From a bacterium (lineage in GTDB: Bacteria; Muiribacteriota; UBA6191), in contig JAYZAC010000111.1 of NCBI GenBank assembly GCA_036339875.1, positions 1-12,558 on the forward strand: a DNA stretch of 12,558 bases. Direction: 5' to 3'. The notes under the pieces were generated by a model. That model ran no database searches. It saw only the letters and a list, made by a program, of their open reading frames with translations, and had not been told where the DNA came from. Shown one piece after another: positions 1 to 8,425 of this stretch; positions within the stretch are counted from its first letter, which is position 1; every line of letters starts with the position of its first letter. The position numbers were made by a program, and so were the translations under genes.

Positions 1-134
1 TAATTAACTTAGCTTTATGAGCATCAGCAATATTAGTAATATTAGTTAATAATTTGTCTTAAATTAATATATTTTCCAGACTATATGGATCATTTATCCC
101 CATACCTTCAACATCTTGTTAAAGTGTTTTATAT

Positions 135-1223
135 ATGGAAATTCAATACGTATATTTCAATGAAAAATATGAGAGAAACGCTGAAAGAGTAATATTCGTT
201 GATGGTGTATGTCCTAATGCTTTGACCCCCAACGATATTGAACTTTCTCATTGGTTACCTAACAACACCCCAAGCCGGTATAAAAAGGATACTTCCACGG
301 AAATATGCTTTCTATTTTTAGAAAAACAAATTGATCATAAGTTTGGTCAAGTCACCAGCAATCATTTTGACACAGATGGTTTGCTAGCAGCATTTACTTT
401 AATGTATCCGTCACACGCTATTAAGCACAGAGAATTGTTAGAGAAAGTAAGCCACATGGGTGATTTTGGAGCTTGGCAAGAAAAAAAAATTTCTATTTTC
501 TACGATGCATTATCCGCGTTAAGAAAACAGTGGAAAAAAAATGGATTAACTAGCGAACAGTGTTTTCATAATGGATTTGAAGCATTACCTAGTCTATTAA
601 AGGACTACAATAATGAATCCGTTTTAGACACTAAAAACTTTGAAAAATTAGAAAACCAGCGCCTTCAAATAAAAGCTAACAAGATTACACGCATTGAAGT
701 CCACTCTCGACTAAGTGTCTATCAATGGGATTATGAAAATGCAATTAATATGGGGCTTGATCCTTTTTATAACGTAGGGTTTGATACCGGATTGAATACA
801 AGCACCATGCTGTCTAACCAAGTGAGAAACTTCTATGATAGAGAACGTCTGTGTTTAATCGTTGTAAAACATCAAGAAGGTTTTTTCTATGACCTTATTA
901 TACCCGAATATCTGTGGGCAGAAACTAGCACATTATGGATTCCATCGGGAATCACAAACAAAGGTGAAACTAATCTCTTTGCTTGGAAGTCTCAGATTGA
1001 AGAATCATCCAAACCAAACCTCAAAAATATCTGCAATGAATTAAATTCAATAGACACTGGAGCAGGTCACTGGTTAGTAGCAGAGGAATTCAACGCATTC
1101 AAGACCATACCTGGTAAAAAGTTCCCTGTACTTATGAGTTACATAAATAACAAACAAGCACTTCCTAGTAAATTAAACCCTGAAGTAGTAATCGAAAAGC
1201 TGCAGTCAGTTGAATTCCTGTAA
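135..1223 (+). CDS. DUF6687-family protein (DHH phosphoesterase-like motifs), function unknown
   Basis: 362-aa ORF with ATG start. Motifs FVDG, LSHW-PNNTP-Y-KDTSTEI, SNHFDTDGLLAAF and GDF match the DUF6687 pattern as I recall it. H-x-D-x-D-G resembles DHH motif I. Confidence 0.7.
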   Translation: MEIQYVYFNEKYERNAERVIFVDGVCPNALTPNDIELSHWLPNNTPSRYKKDTSTEICFLFLEKQIDHKFGQVTSNHFDTDGLLAAFTLMYPSHAIKHRELLEKVSHMGDFGAWQEKKISIFYDALSALRKQWKKNGLTSEQCFHNGFEALPSLLKDYNNESVLDTKNFEKLENQRLQIKANKITRIEVHSRLSVYQWDYENAINMGLDPFYNVGFDTGLNTSTMLSNQVRNFYDRERLCLIVVKHQEGFFYDLIIPEYLWAETSTLWIPSGITNKGETNLFAWKSQIEESSKPNLKNICNELNSIDTGAGHWLVAEEFNAFKTIPGKKFPVLMSYINNKQALPSKLNPEVVIEKLQSVEFL

Positions 1224-1244
1224 AGTTGATTAAGGGATATTAGA

Positions 1245-1613
1245 TTACGAAATTGAACACGATTTAGAGCGCGGTAGATAAGGCCTTATCACTGCAAAAA
1301 ATCGATATCCCAACCAAGCTAACGCATAAAATGGTTGTTTCCTCAATATCACATTAGCAATCTTGAAAACTCCCATTTGTTCCCATACCAACAAAAAGGA
1401 ATCTACACCTACATGAACTTTACCCTGCTGATCGATGGAATGCATCCAACGATGAATCGCCTTTTCGTCGAGAGAATAATCAGAAGCCCTAAAGTCAGGT
1501 GACATTATGTTAACTAATTCTAGAGTTTTCCCTGTGGGATCCCATCTGCGATACATCTTCATTTCGTGATTGCATAAATGACAGTCACCGTCATAGAAAA
1601 CTTTAATAGTCAT
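1245..1613 (-). CDS. DCC1-like thiol-disulfide oxidoreductase family protein (DUF393)
   Basis: N-terminal VFYDGDCHLC (DxxCxxC), central G...GVDSF..VW, and C-terminal Y..FA..R, all typical of DUF393. Confidence 0.9.
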   Translation of the reverse strand: MTIKVFYDGDCHLCNHEMKMYRRWDPTGKTLELVNIMSPDFRASDYSLDEKAIHRWMHSIDQQGKVHVGVDSFLLVWEQMGVFKIANVILRKQPFYALAWLGYRFFAVIRPYLPRSKSCSIS

Positions 1614-1672
1614 GAATACATTTTAATTTATTAGGCCATAAGTTTGTTCGGATGAACTACTTTAGCCCATAA

Positions 1673-2518
1673 TTAACGTAAAGGTCCCAGTTGATCAATG
1701 ACTTTTAGCTGATCCTCATCAAGTTTGAAATCAAATATGGCTAAATCCTCCTGCATATGAATTTCAGATGTAGTCCCTGTTAAGGGCACGACACCAATGT
1801 GGTTTAAATATCTGAAAAATACTTGAGCTGGAGTTTTTTTGACAGAATCTACGATTTCGATGAATGCCGAATGATTAAGAATGTGAGGATTAGCTGTCAA
1901 AGTCCAAAAACTTTGATAAAGAATATTCTTATCTAAACAAAATTCACGGATCTCTAAATCATAACCTGATTGAGCATAAAGACGATTCTGAATTACTGCA
2001 GGCTTAATACGACTTACCTCAAAAAGATATTTAAAGAATTCAGGATGATAACAATTACTAATTCCAAGTTGTTTCACCCTACCCTCATCCACAAATACTT
2101 CCATTGTTTTCCATGCCTGTAAAGTTTCTTCCATTGTTGGAAGAGGAGAATGAATTACTAAAGAGTCAATATAATCTACCTTTAAGTTTTTAAGAGATAC
2201 AGTTAACGATTGCCTAATTTGCTCTTCAATAAGAGCTTCAGGGTCATAGGGTATCCGATTAGGGTCCTGACCCGGTAAAGGGGTAAATTTGGTCTGAAGA
2301 AAGATATCCTCTCTAGCTATTCCATAAATAAAAGCTCTTTTAAGACCATCTCCAACAAGATGCTCTTGATAGTGCTTAGGCTGACATGCTGTGTCAATGC
2401 CCCTGAAACCCTTTTTTAAGGCTGTTTCTACAAGATTTGATGTACGATCTTCTTTCCAAGCAGTACCATAAATTAATGCAGGTACCTTCACTTCCTGCAA
2501 ACTATTTTTATATTCCAT
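1673..2518 (-). CDS. Aldo/keto reductase
   Basis: YGTAWK, GFRGIDTACQPKHY (Asp/Tyr), QTKF (Lys), IHSP (His), LGISN, KTPAQV, PLTGT. GAGGA RBS on the minus strand at 2526-2530. Confidence 0.93.
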   Translation of the reverse strand: MEYKNSLQEVKVPALIYGTAWKEDRTSNLVETALKKGFRGIDTACQPKHYQEHLVGDGLKRAFIYGIAREDIFLQTKFTPLPGQDPNRIPYDPEALIEEQIRQSLTVSLKNLKVDYIDSLVIHSPLPTMEETLQAWKTMEVFVDEGRVKQLGISNCYHPEFFKYLFEVSRIKPAVIQNRLYAQSGYDLEIREFCLDKNILYQSFWTLTANPHILNHSAFIEIVDSVKKTPAQVFFRYLNHIGVVPLTGTTSEIHMQEDLAIFDFKLDEDQLKVIDQLGPLR

Positions 2519-2607
2519 TACTTAGTCCTCTAGATAATATTTTAGAAAAAGTTCACATTATTTTTTTGCAGTATCTAGCACTACCTTAAATTCATTTAAA
2601 TTAATTA

Positions 2608-5600
2608 TTACTGGATAACCTTACGATCTACGAAAAGATTAATTCCTACACTAAATTGAATTTCAACGATATTGCCACTAATGGCTGAAAACCATAAATC
2701 TTTATGATTATTATCAAAAGCTAATACTTTAAAGGTATTTCCATTATTTGTGGAAATACGAACAACCCTGCGTCCTTCAGAGCCCTTTCTTATTAAAAAT
2801 TGATTTCCAGATTTTACCAGCCATTCTGGACTTGATAAACTTGAGATGCTCTGAGTAGAGACTGTATGTTCATACAATAAGTGTCGATCGTCCCAAAGTT
2901 GTAATTTTAATAAATCTTCATTAGTTGGTAAGACTCCTATTATGCTTGTGCTTATGGAATGATCCATTCTTCTACGATTTGCACTACCTTGAATTTCAAG
3001 ACCATTTTTAGTGAGACCTACTAGCTTCAAATAACCTGTACCCACTCCAGTAAAATCTATCTCTCTGACCGAAGTTAATTTAATACCTTCAGGTGAATCT
3101 AAAAATCTAATCTGCTTAGCTTTACCAAGTTTGATTTTACTTACTGAAGCACTTGGAATTGTAAATTGATTGTGTAAACTATCCTGGAAATCATGCAATT
3201 TTTTATAAGTATAATCACTGATCCATACACGATCACAATAAGTCATAATGTCATGATAAGAGTAACCCGAAAGTAACTTTCGATTCACAAAATCATAGCC
3301 CATTTTTTGAATACGAGCAAAAGTGTAGGGATAATCTGCATCTGAGCTACCCGGATGTTGACAATTATCATTAAATTCGCCTGTATTGTCTATATGATGT
3401 CGTCCATGATTGTGACCGATTTCGTGAGCAGCGGTTTCTAAAAATACGTCATCAAAACGAAGACCTATAGATGACAAGCTATCAGTATTAGGAAACTCAT
3501 CATTCACATAACCCATCCCTAAAGTACCGCCATTACCGATAGCCCACTCTTGATCAGTCATACTTTTGAGTACGCCATAATAAAAAATATCTCGCTCATT
3601 TTCTGAAATTTCAGCAGTTCGAAAAGCATCAAATTCATCTAAAGCAACGTCCCAACTATTAGAATCAGAAATATTAGGAGAATTACTGGATGGCAAAACG
3701 ATAGAGCTCCGAACCTCAACATTCATGTCATGATTAGGATACATTCCTATCATATAATCTTTGAATTCCCTTACTAATTGGGTATTTAATTCAACAGTGC
3801 GGCCGCCAACCGTAATAGGAACTAGTCGTATCCTAATAACATGTTGTGTCTCTAAGCCGAAACTACGATCACCTGAAGCCGGAAATCTATTGTTATTTTC
3901 ATCACTCTCAGTAAGATCATTATCAGGATCAATCATAATTGAAAAATTATTACCAGCATCCACATAAGAACCTGATAGTTCAAAAAAGATAGGATATATA
4001 AACTCTTCGCTAGCACTTTTAGCACTATCAAAAAGCACAACTTCCTGAAGTATAGGAGTCAACGGAAGGGTATTATGAGTTACATTCAATTGAACCTTAG
4101 CCTTTAAACCATCTACAGGGCCACTCGCAGTCAAAAACATACGAAGAACACCTGTTTTGCCTGCAACCGCTGGTATCGAACTAGTACCCGTTGTTAAATC
4201 TAACTGAACACCTTGATTAAAGGTTACAGATTCAATACCAAAATCTGGTAGAGCCGGAGAACCGGGTATAACTTTAATTAGTTCTGAAGAAGCTCCACTT
4301 CCATGACTATTTCTACCCTCTACTGTGAAATAATAATCTGTATTATCTGTCAAACCCGAAATAACTGTCGAACTCAAATTCGCCGCAATATTCTTAAATT
4401 GATTCAAATCGCTCGGATTAGTTCCATAACGTACAACATAACCAAGAGATGCTGAAGTTTCTTCACACCAATTAATCTCAGCTTGAGAACTTTGACTTTT
4501 ACCATGCGCAAATTTTATTTTCACTGGCTCTGGCACGCCCACTCGTACTTGTTTTACAAGAGAAGAAATCGTTTGGTTCTGACTATCCTTTGCAGTTATT
4601 TCTATTTCCCATAATTTTCCATTTCGAGCTAAATTATATGCCCATTGATTCGCTCCTATATTCTGGAGATCTGTCGCATTTTGATCATAGAAAAAAGACT
4701 GCTTAGTACTTTTAATTTGATTCAACAGCCAACCACCACCGTCTTCTGGATAACTAATATTCAAATTATATTCCACTGCTCCAAGAACTGTATTCCACGA
4801 AATACTAAAATCGTCAGCATTTTCTGTTGTGCTGGCGCTAATTATTAAACTTGTTGTACTCGGTTGAGCTTGTAATATTGGTAAGTTACACAATTGTGTT
4901 ACTTGGAGAGCGGATGGTATAGCACTAAATTCTTCACTAGAAGCTCCTTCTCCTTTATGGTTAGTACCTGTTACCTTGAAATATACTCTTGTACCATTGT
5001 TCAGATCCGATATTTGTAATTGATTGACACTTAAATTTTGTGTTCTACTTTCATAGGTGCTTGGGTCGTTTATATCAATTCCAGAAGCTGTTGATTTATA
5101 TACATTATAAGTGATTGCAGTAGCTAAGTTACTCCACCTTACCAGTATAGACTGATCTAAGCCGGTAGCATTCATACCAGTGATTGCGACAGGAGCAGTT
5201 ACAGTAGTAGGTACAAAAGAACCTGCACCGCTTCTAGAAAATTGAGATATAGCATGGTCTAACTCGGCAGCCACATATAGGTTTATATTATCTGGACTTA
5301 CACGACCCTTTAGCGCACCACTTAATCCAACCCCACCTATGCTGCTATTAGTAAAGTATTCTTTAAAGATTAATTGACCAGTGAGCAGGTCTCGAAGAAA
5401 CACATTAACTCCACTGTAAGTGACAGCATAAACATTCATACCATCAGCACTAATATCTATACTTGTACCATTGGTCAAGGAGGTAACAGTAGTCGCTGTT
5501 ACTTGCTGAATTAAACTTAAATCTCCATCCTCTTGAGTCTTAAATACGAGTACCGCGTTCCCAGGATTACCGCTAATAGCATATAAATGACTTCCGTCAG

Positions 5601-7266
5601 GACTAAAAACCATTTCACTCAAACCATTCAAATTGGAAATACTAGTTTGATCGATAGTACTAGAAAGACTTATTTCGCCTGTATTGACATTGCGACTAAA
5701 ATTCCAAATTTTACCCGGCGTTACTGAATTGACCAAAACACGTTGATCATCTGGACTCACCAGGATACATGATGGCCAAAGACCTGTTAGATTCCCAGTA
5801 TTAGATAAACTTTGAGTTACTTGAAAATCATGGGTACTTATAACGGTTATTCCAGCAAAGCTATTAACATCAATATCATTCTTTCCCACCACATATAAAT
5901 CTTTGCCATCAGAACTTCTAGAAATATATTGAGCACCAAATAAAGTAGCTGCATCACTTTGTGCTAATGTTGACCGTGGAGATAGAATGCCTTCATCGGA
6001 AACATAATATTCTCCAATTTTTCCAGAACTATAAGAAACTAGATAAGCTCGGTCACCAGCTAAGTTAAATGTTAAATCGCGAGGTCCACTTAATGTTTGA
6101 AGCGGATTACCGTGAGCTTCAGCTGCATTAAGAAGAAAAGTGGTAGCCGTTAAATTACCAGAGCTTGTGGTCCGCTGATATAGAGCTACGGCATTATCTG
6201 CAATTCCGTTGGATGAAAATGCCGATACACTGTATAAGTGTTCATCATCATTATTAAATGCTAAATTTTGAACTCTTAGCAAGCCATCAAACCCATTATT
6301 TCCATCTGTATATACTTGTTGAAAATTTAATCGACCAAAATTGTCATTTAAATCAAATTGATAGACATCAATTAACTGGGTGTCGTTTCCAAAACCCACT
6401 GCAAAAAAATAGGATCCATTAGTCAGATTTGTTAAATTTACTGAGGCTCTAGTACTGTTAGCCTGCTCCAATATTTGCGGCTGAGACAAATTTAATTCTG
6501 TGCTGTAACCATGCACTAATCTATATGTAGTCGAGGTTGTAGGTACATTAAAACTTACAGTAGCCTGTCCATCACCTGCAATAACGAGAGGCGCTAGATT
6601 AAACGAGTTTGATGATGTTCCTGAAACAGGTTCGGAACTAGATGCTCCATTGGGTATTATCTCTAAAGGTTCAGTCTCAATAGTAAAATTTGACGTATTC
6701 TGAAGTAAAAACCAAAAACCTTTGCCTTTACGTATAGTCGTTAAATCTCCACTTTGATTAGATGGTGTAAAGGATTCCCATCCAACATCTGAATAACCCC
6801 AAACTTTCGCCAAATTAGCGAGTTCATGGGTACTTTTGATATTTTCTTCTAAAAAAACATTATTGACAGCAGATAAATCCGTTGTTTGATTAAAACTAGC
6901 TAGCGACCAACCACTACTACTAAATTGTATGCCCCTTAAATTAGAGGAATCCTTAAAACTAAGGATCCCACCTTCATTTCCCATTAAAAACCAGTAACCT
7001 CGATTTGGTTTAAAGTCAACTAATGCAGATTCCGTATTTGGAGTGAAAGAACTCCAGCCGCTCTCATAACTCCATATTTTTTGAACCGATCCCTCTGTCA
7101 AATTCTCCGAGAGATACGATGAGATAGAAGTACTCGATTGAGTTAATGGTACTGTAATGAGATTCCAGCCTGATGAAAGATTTATCTCTCCGGCAATTAG
7201 TTGAAAACTAAATATCCCTGATATGAAAGTAAGAAATATAAAATGTGTAAATATTGTTTTGAGCAA
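2608..7266 (-). CDS. Secreted multidomain zinc metalloprotease (M66-like metzincin) with tandem N-terminal repeats, 7-bladed lactonase-like beta-propeller, FN3 domains and CARDB-like motif
   Basis: 1552 aa, TTG start with AGGT 7 nt upstream. Hydrophobic signal ending LIA (aa 25). Seven S-[PA]-D-G-like..LY blades at aa ~311-680. FN3 signatures at aa ~691-785 and ~912-1003. IDPDNDLTESDENNN at aa 1112-1126. HEIGHNHGRHH at aa 1281-1291 (nt 3426-3394). Met-turn DIMTYC (M1341) followed by WISDYTY. Confidence 0.85.
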   Translation of the reverse strand: MLKTIFTHFIFLTFISGIFSFQLIAGEINLSSGWNLITVPLTQSSTSISSYLSENLTEGSVQKIWSYESGWSSFTPNTESALVDFKPNRGYWFLMGNEGGILSFKDSSNLRGIQFSSSGWSLASFNQTTDLSAVNNVFLEENIKSTHELANLAKVWGYSDVGWESFTPSNQSGDLTTIRKGKGFWFLLQNTSNFTIETEPLEIIPNGASSSEPVSGTSSNSFNLAPLVIAGDGQATVSFNVPTTSTTYRLVHGYSTELNLSQPQILEQANSTRASVNLTNLTNGSYFFAVGFGNDTQLIDVYQFDLNDNFGRLNFQQVYTDGNNGFDGLLRVQNLAFNNDDEHLYSVSAFSSNGIADNAVALYQRTTSSGNLTATTFLLNAAEAHGNPLQTLSGPRDLTFNLAGDRAYLVSYSSGKIGEYYVSDEGILSPRSTLAQSDAATLFGAQYISRSSDGKDLYVVGKNDIDVNSFAGITVISTHDFQVTQSLSNTGNLTGLWPSCILVSPDDQRVLVNSVTPGKIWNFSRNVNTGEISLSSTIDQTSISNLNGLSEMVFSPDGSHLYAISGNPGNAVLVFKTQEDGDLSLIQQVTATTVTSLTNGTSIDISADGMNVYAVTYSGVNVFLRDLLTGQLIFKEYFTNSSIGGVGLSGALKGRVSPDNINLYVAAELDHAISQFSRSGAGSFVPTTVTAPVAITGMNATGLDQSILVRWSNLATAITYNVYKSTASGIDINDPSTYESRTQNLSVNQLQISDLNNGTRVYFKVTGTNHKGEGASSEEFSAIPSALQVTQLCNLPILQAQPSTTSLIISASTTENADDFSISWNTVLGAVEYNLNISYPEDGGGWLLNQIKSTKQSFFYDQNATDLQNIGANQWAYNLARNGKLWEIEITAKDSQNQTISSLVKQVRVGVPEPVKIKFAHGKSQSSQAEINWCEETSASLGYVVRYGTNPSDLNQFKNIAANLSSTVISGLTDNTDYYFTVEGRNSHGSGASSELIKVIPGSPALPDFGIESVTFNQGVQLDLTTGTSSIPAVAGKTGVLRMFLTASGPVDGLKAKVQLNVTHNTLPLTPILQEVVLFDSAKSASEEFIYPIFFELSGSYVDAGNNFSIMIDPDNDLTESDENNNRFPASGDRSFGLETQHVIRIRLVPITVGGRTVELNTQLVREFKDYMIGMYPNHDMNVEVRSSIVLPSSNSPNISDSNSWDVALDEFDAFRTAEISENERDIFYYGVLKSMTDQEWAIGNGGTLGMGYVNDEFPNTDSLSSIGLRFDDVFLETAAHEIGHNHGRHHIDNTGEFNDNCQHPGSSDADYPYTFARIQKMGYDFVNRKLLSGYSYHDIMTYCDRVWISDYTYKKLHDFQDSLHNQFTIPSASVSKIKLGKAKQIRFLDSPEGIKLTSVREIDFTGVGTGYLKLVGLTKNGLEIQGSANRRRMDHSISTSIIGVLPTNEDLLKLQLWDDRHLLYEHTVSTQSISSLSSPEWLVKSGNQFLIRKGSEGRRVVRISTNNGNTFKVLAFDNNHKDLWFSAISGNIVEIQFSVGINLFVDRKVIQ
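6679..7185 (-). repeat. Two tandem ~75-85-aa protein repeats (GW[NS]L...K[IV]W.Y..GW.SFTP...G[YF]WFL)
   Basis: aa 28-104 LSSGWNLI...KIWSYESGWSSFTPN...PNRGYWFLM aligns by eye with aa 113-196 SSSGWSLA...KVWGYSDVGWESFTPS...KGKGFWFLL. Confidence 0.88.
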
Positions 7267-7322
7267 ATTTCGAACCTATATTTATTATCGAACTAAAATA
7301 ACAACATAATATCGGGAATATA

Positions 7323-7337
7323 TTGCTTAGTAAGCAA
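7323..7337. promoter_or_regulatory. Perfect 7-1-7 inverted repeat TTGCTTA-G-TAAGCAA (candidate operator)
   Basis: Seen directly in the divergent intergenic region 7267-7478. Function is inferred only. Confidence 0.35.
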
Positions 7338-7352
7338 ATTATCCTAAATGTT

Positions 7353-7370
7353 TTTCAAGACTGCTTGAAA
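7353..7370. promoter_or_regulatory. Perfect 7-4-7 inverted repeat TTTCAAG-ACTG-CTTGAAA (candidate operator or hairpin)
   Basis: Seen directly in the divergent intergenic region. Function is inferred only. Confidence 0.3.
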
Positions 7371-7421
7371 TTACAGTATTTATGGCTACAAAATGTTAGG
7401 TTCATCAAATATACATAAAAT

Positions 7422-7436
7422 TCAGATATTATCTGA
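7422..7436. promoter_or_regulatory. Perfect 7-1-7 inverted repeat TCAGATA-T-TATCTGA (candidate operator upstream of yajQ)
   Basis: Seen directly, ending 42 nt before the yajQ ATG. Function is inferred only. Confidence 0.35.
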
Positions 7437-7465
7437 TGCTAAAGCTCTGTAATCTGACAATTTTT

Positions 7466-7470
7466 AAGGA
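7466..7470 (+). promoter_or_regulatory. Shine-Dalgarno AAGGA for yajQ
   Basis: AAGGA with an 8-nt spacer to the ATG at 7479. Confidence 0.7.
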
Positions 7471-7478
7471 AAGATATT

Positions 7479-7976
7479 ATGCCCAGTTTTGATATAACAT
7501 CCAAAGTAGATTGGCAAGAAATAGATAATGCTGTTAATCAAGCATTGAAGGAAATGGGAACGCGATTTGATTTTAGAGGCATTGAAACTGAAATTTCTCA
7601 AGATTCTAAGGGTAATACCCTAACACTTAATTGTGGTGAAGAAGGTAAATTGGATGCAATGCGAGATATTCTACAAACTAAGCTTGTTAAACGAGGCATT
7701 TCATTATTTGCGTTTGAATACGATAACCCTACTTCAGCCTCAGGTCGAAGTGCTAAACAAATCATCAATGTCAAAGTCGGAATTGATAAGGATATGAATA
7801 AACAAATCAATAAACTTATCAAAGATAGCAAGATTAAAGTCAGTGCTAAACTACAAGATGAAGCTATACGAGTTACTGGCAAAAAACGAGATGATCTTCA
7901 ATCTGTTATCGCTCTACTAAAGGGTGAAGAAGAAAAACTTAAGATTGCAATGCAATTTGGAAATTTTAGAGATTAA
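7479..7976 (+). CDS. yajQ: YajQ family nucleotide/cyclic di-GMP-binding protein (DUF520)
   Basis: MPSFDITSKVD.QEIDNAVNQA.KE..TRFDFRG at the N-terminus and RVTGKKRDDLQ..I...QFGNFRD at the C-terminus. Confidence 0.97.
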   Translation: MPSFDITSKVDWQEIDNAVNQALKEMGTRFDFRGIETEISQDSKGNTLTLNCGEEGKLDAMRDILQTKLVKRGISLFAFEYDNPTSASGRSAKQIINVKVGIDKDMNKQINKLIKDSKIKVSAKLQDEAIRVTGKKRDDLQSVIALLKGEEEKLKIAMQFGNFRD

Positions 7977-7998
7977 TACTTAGTCTTAATTTCATTTT

Positions 7999-8412
7999 CT
8001 ATTCAATCCAAGGCACATAAACCGTATCATTGTCATTAATATCCAGCTCCATTGATTTCTTATCTGTATAAACTAGGAGGTAAAAATCTTCGGATCCAGT
8101 ATTTTTGATCGCATGAAGCGGTCCGGGGGGAATCTGTATCACCTTTGGATCGCGTTCATTCATAGTCAACTCTAACACTTCATTAGAATCTAGATCTTTA
8201 AAGTATAGAGTAGCTTCTCCTTTGACCATGTAAAATAATTCGTATTTGTTATAGTGCCAGTGATTGCCCTTAGTTATACCTGGTTTTGCAGTAGTTAAGA
8301 AGCATTGCCCAAATTCTCGATGTTCTTCAGGAAGCATTTCCGGTTTAAATATTTCCTCTAAATAGCCACGATGATCTTTATGTCGAATAAGTGGAAACTG
8401 CTCAATTTTCAT
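7999..8412 (-). CDS. Stand-alone cupin sugar epimerase/isomerase resembling the C-terminal cupin domain of CapF/WbjC
   Basis: HKDHRGYLEE, GQ.....KPGITKGNHWH..K.E.F....G and IPPG..H.I.N.G motifs. ATG at 8412 with AGGT 5 nt upstream is preferred over the TTG at 8418. Confidence 0.82.
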   Translation of the reverse strand: MKIEQFPLIRHKDHRGYLEEIFKPEMLPEEHREFGQCFLTTAKPGITKGNHWHYNKYELFYMVKGEATLYFKDLDSNEVLELTMNERDPKVIQIPPGPLHAIKNTGSEDFYLLVYTDKKSMELDINDNDTVYVPWIE

Positions 8413-8425
8413 ATACAACCTAAAT

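Noticed and set aside
481..489. A9 homopolymer as a phase-variation or frameshift site
   Set aside because: The frame is intact (E-K-K-I), and such runs are common in AT-rich DNA.
3761..3967. 68-aa plus-strand ORF
   Set aside because: Antisense to the well-supported protease gene, TTG start, no recognisable motif.
4645..4848. 67-aa plus-strand ORF
   Set aside because: Antisense shadow inside the protease gene, TTG start, no motif.
5227..6336. 6-phosphogluconolactonase activity for the beta-propeller
   Set aside because: Only the blade repeat pattern is recognisable. It is embedded in a secreted protease, and I cannot identify catalytic residues.
7270..7293. TCGAAC direct repeat as a LexA-type (GAAC-N4-GTTC) box
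   Set aside because: No inverted GTTC half-site at the required spacing, and only a 6-bp match.
7598..7882. 94-aa hydrophobic minus-strand ORF
   Set aside because: Entirely antisense to yajQ. Its Leu/Ile richness is the mirror of Lys/Asp/Asn codons on the coding strand.
7977..7998. Bidirectional terminator between convergent yajQ and cupin genes
   Set aside because: The 22-bp gap has no GC-rich stem-loop. The same applies to the convergent gap at 1224-1244.
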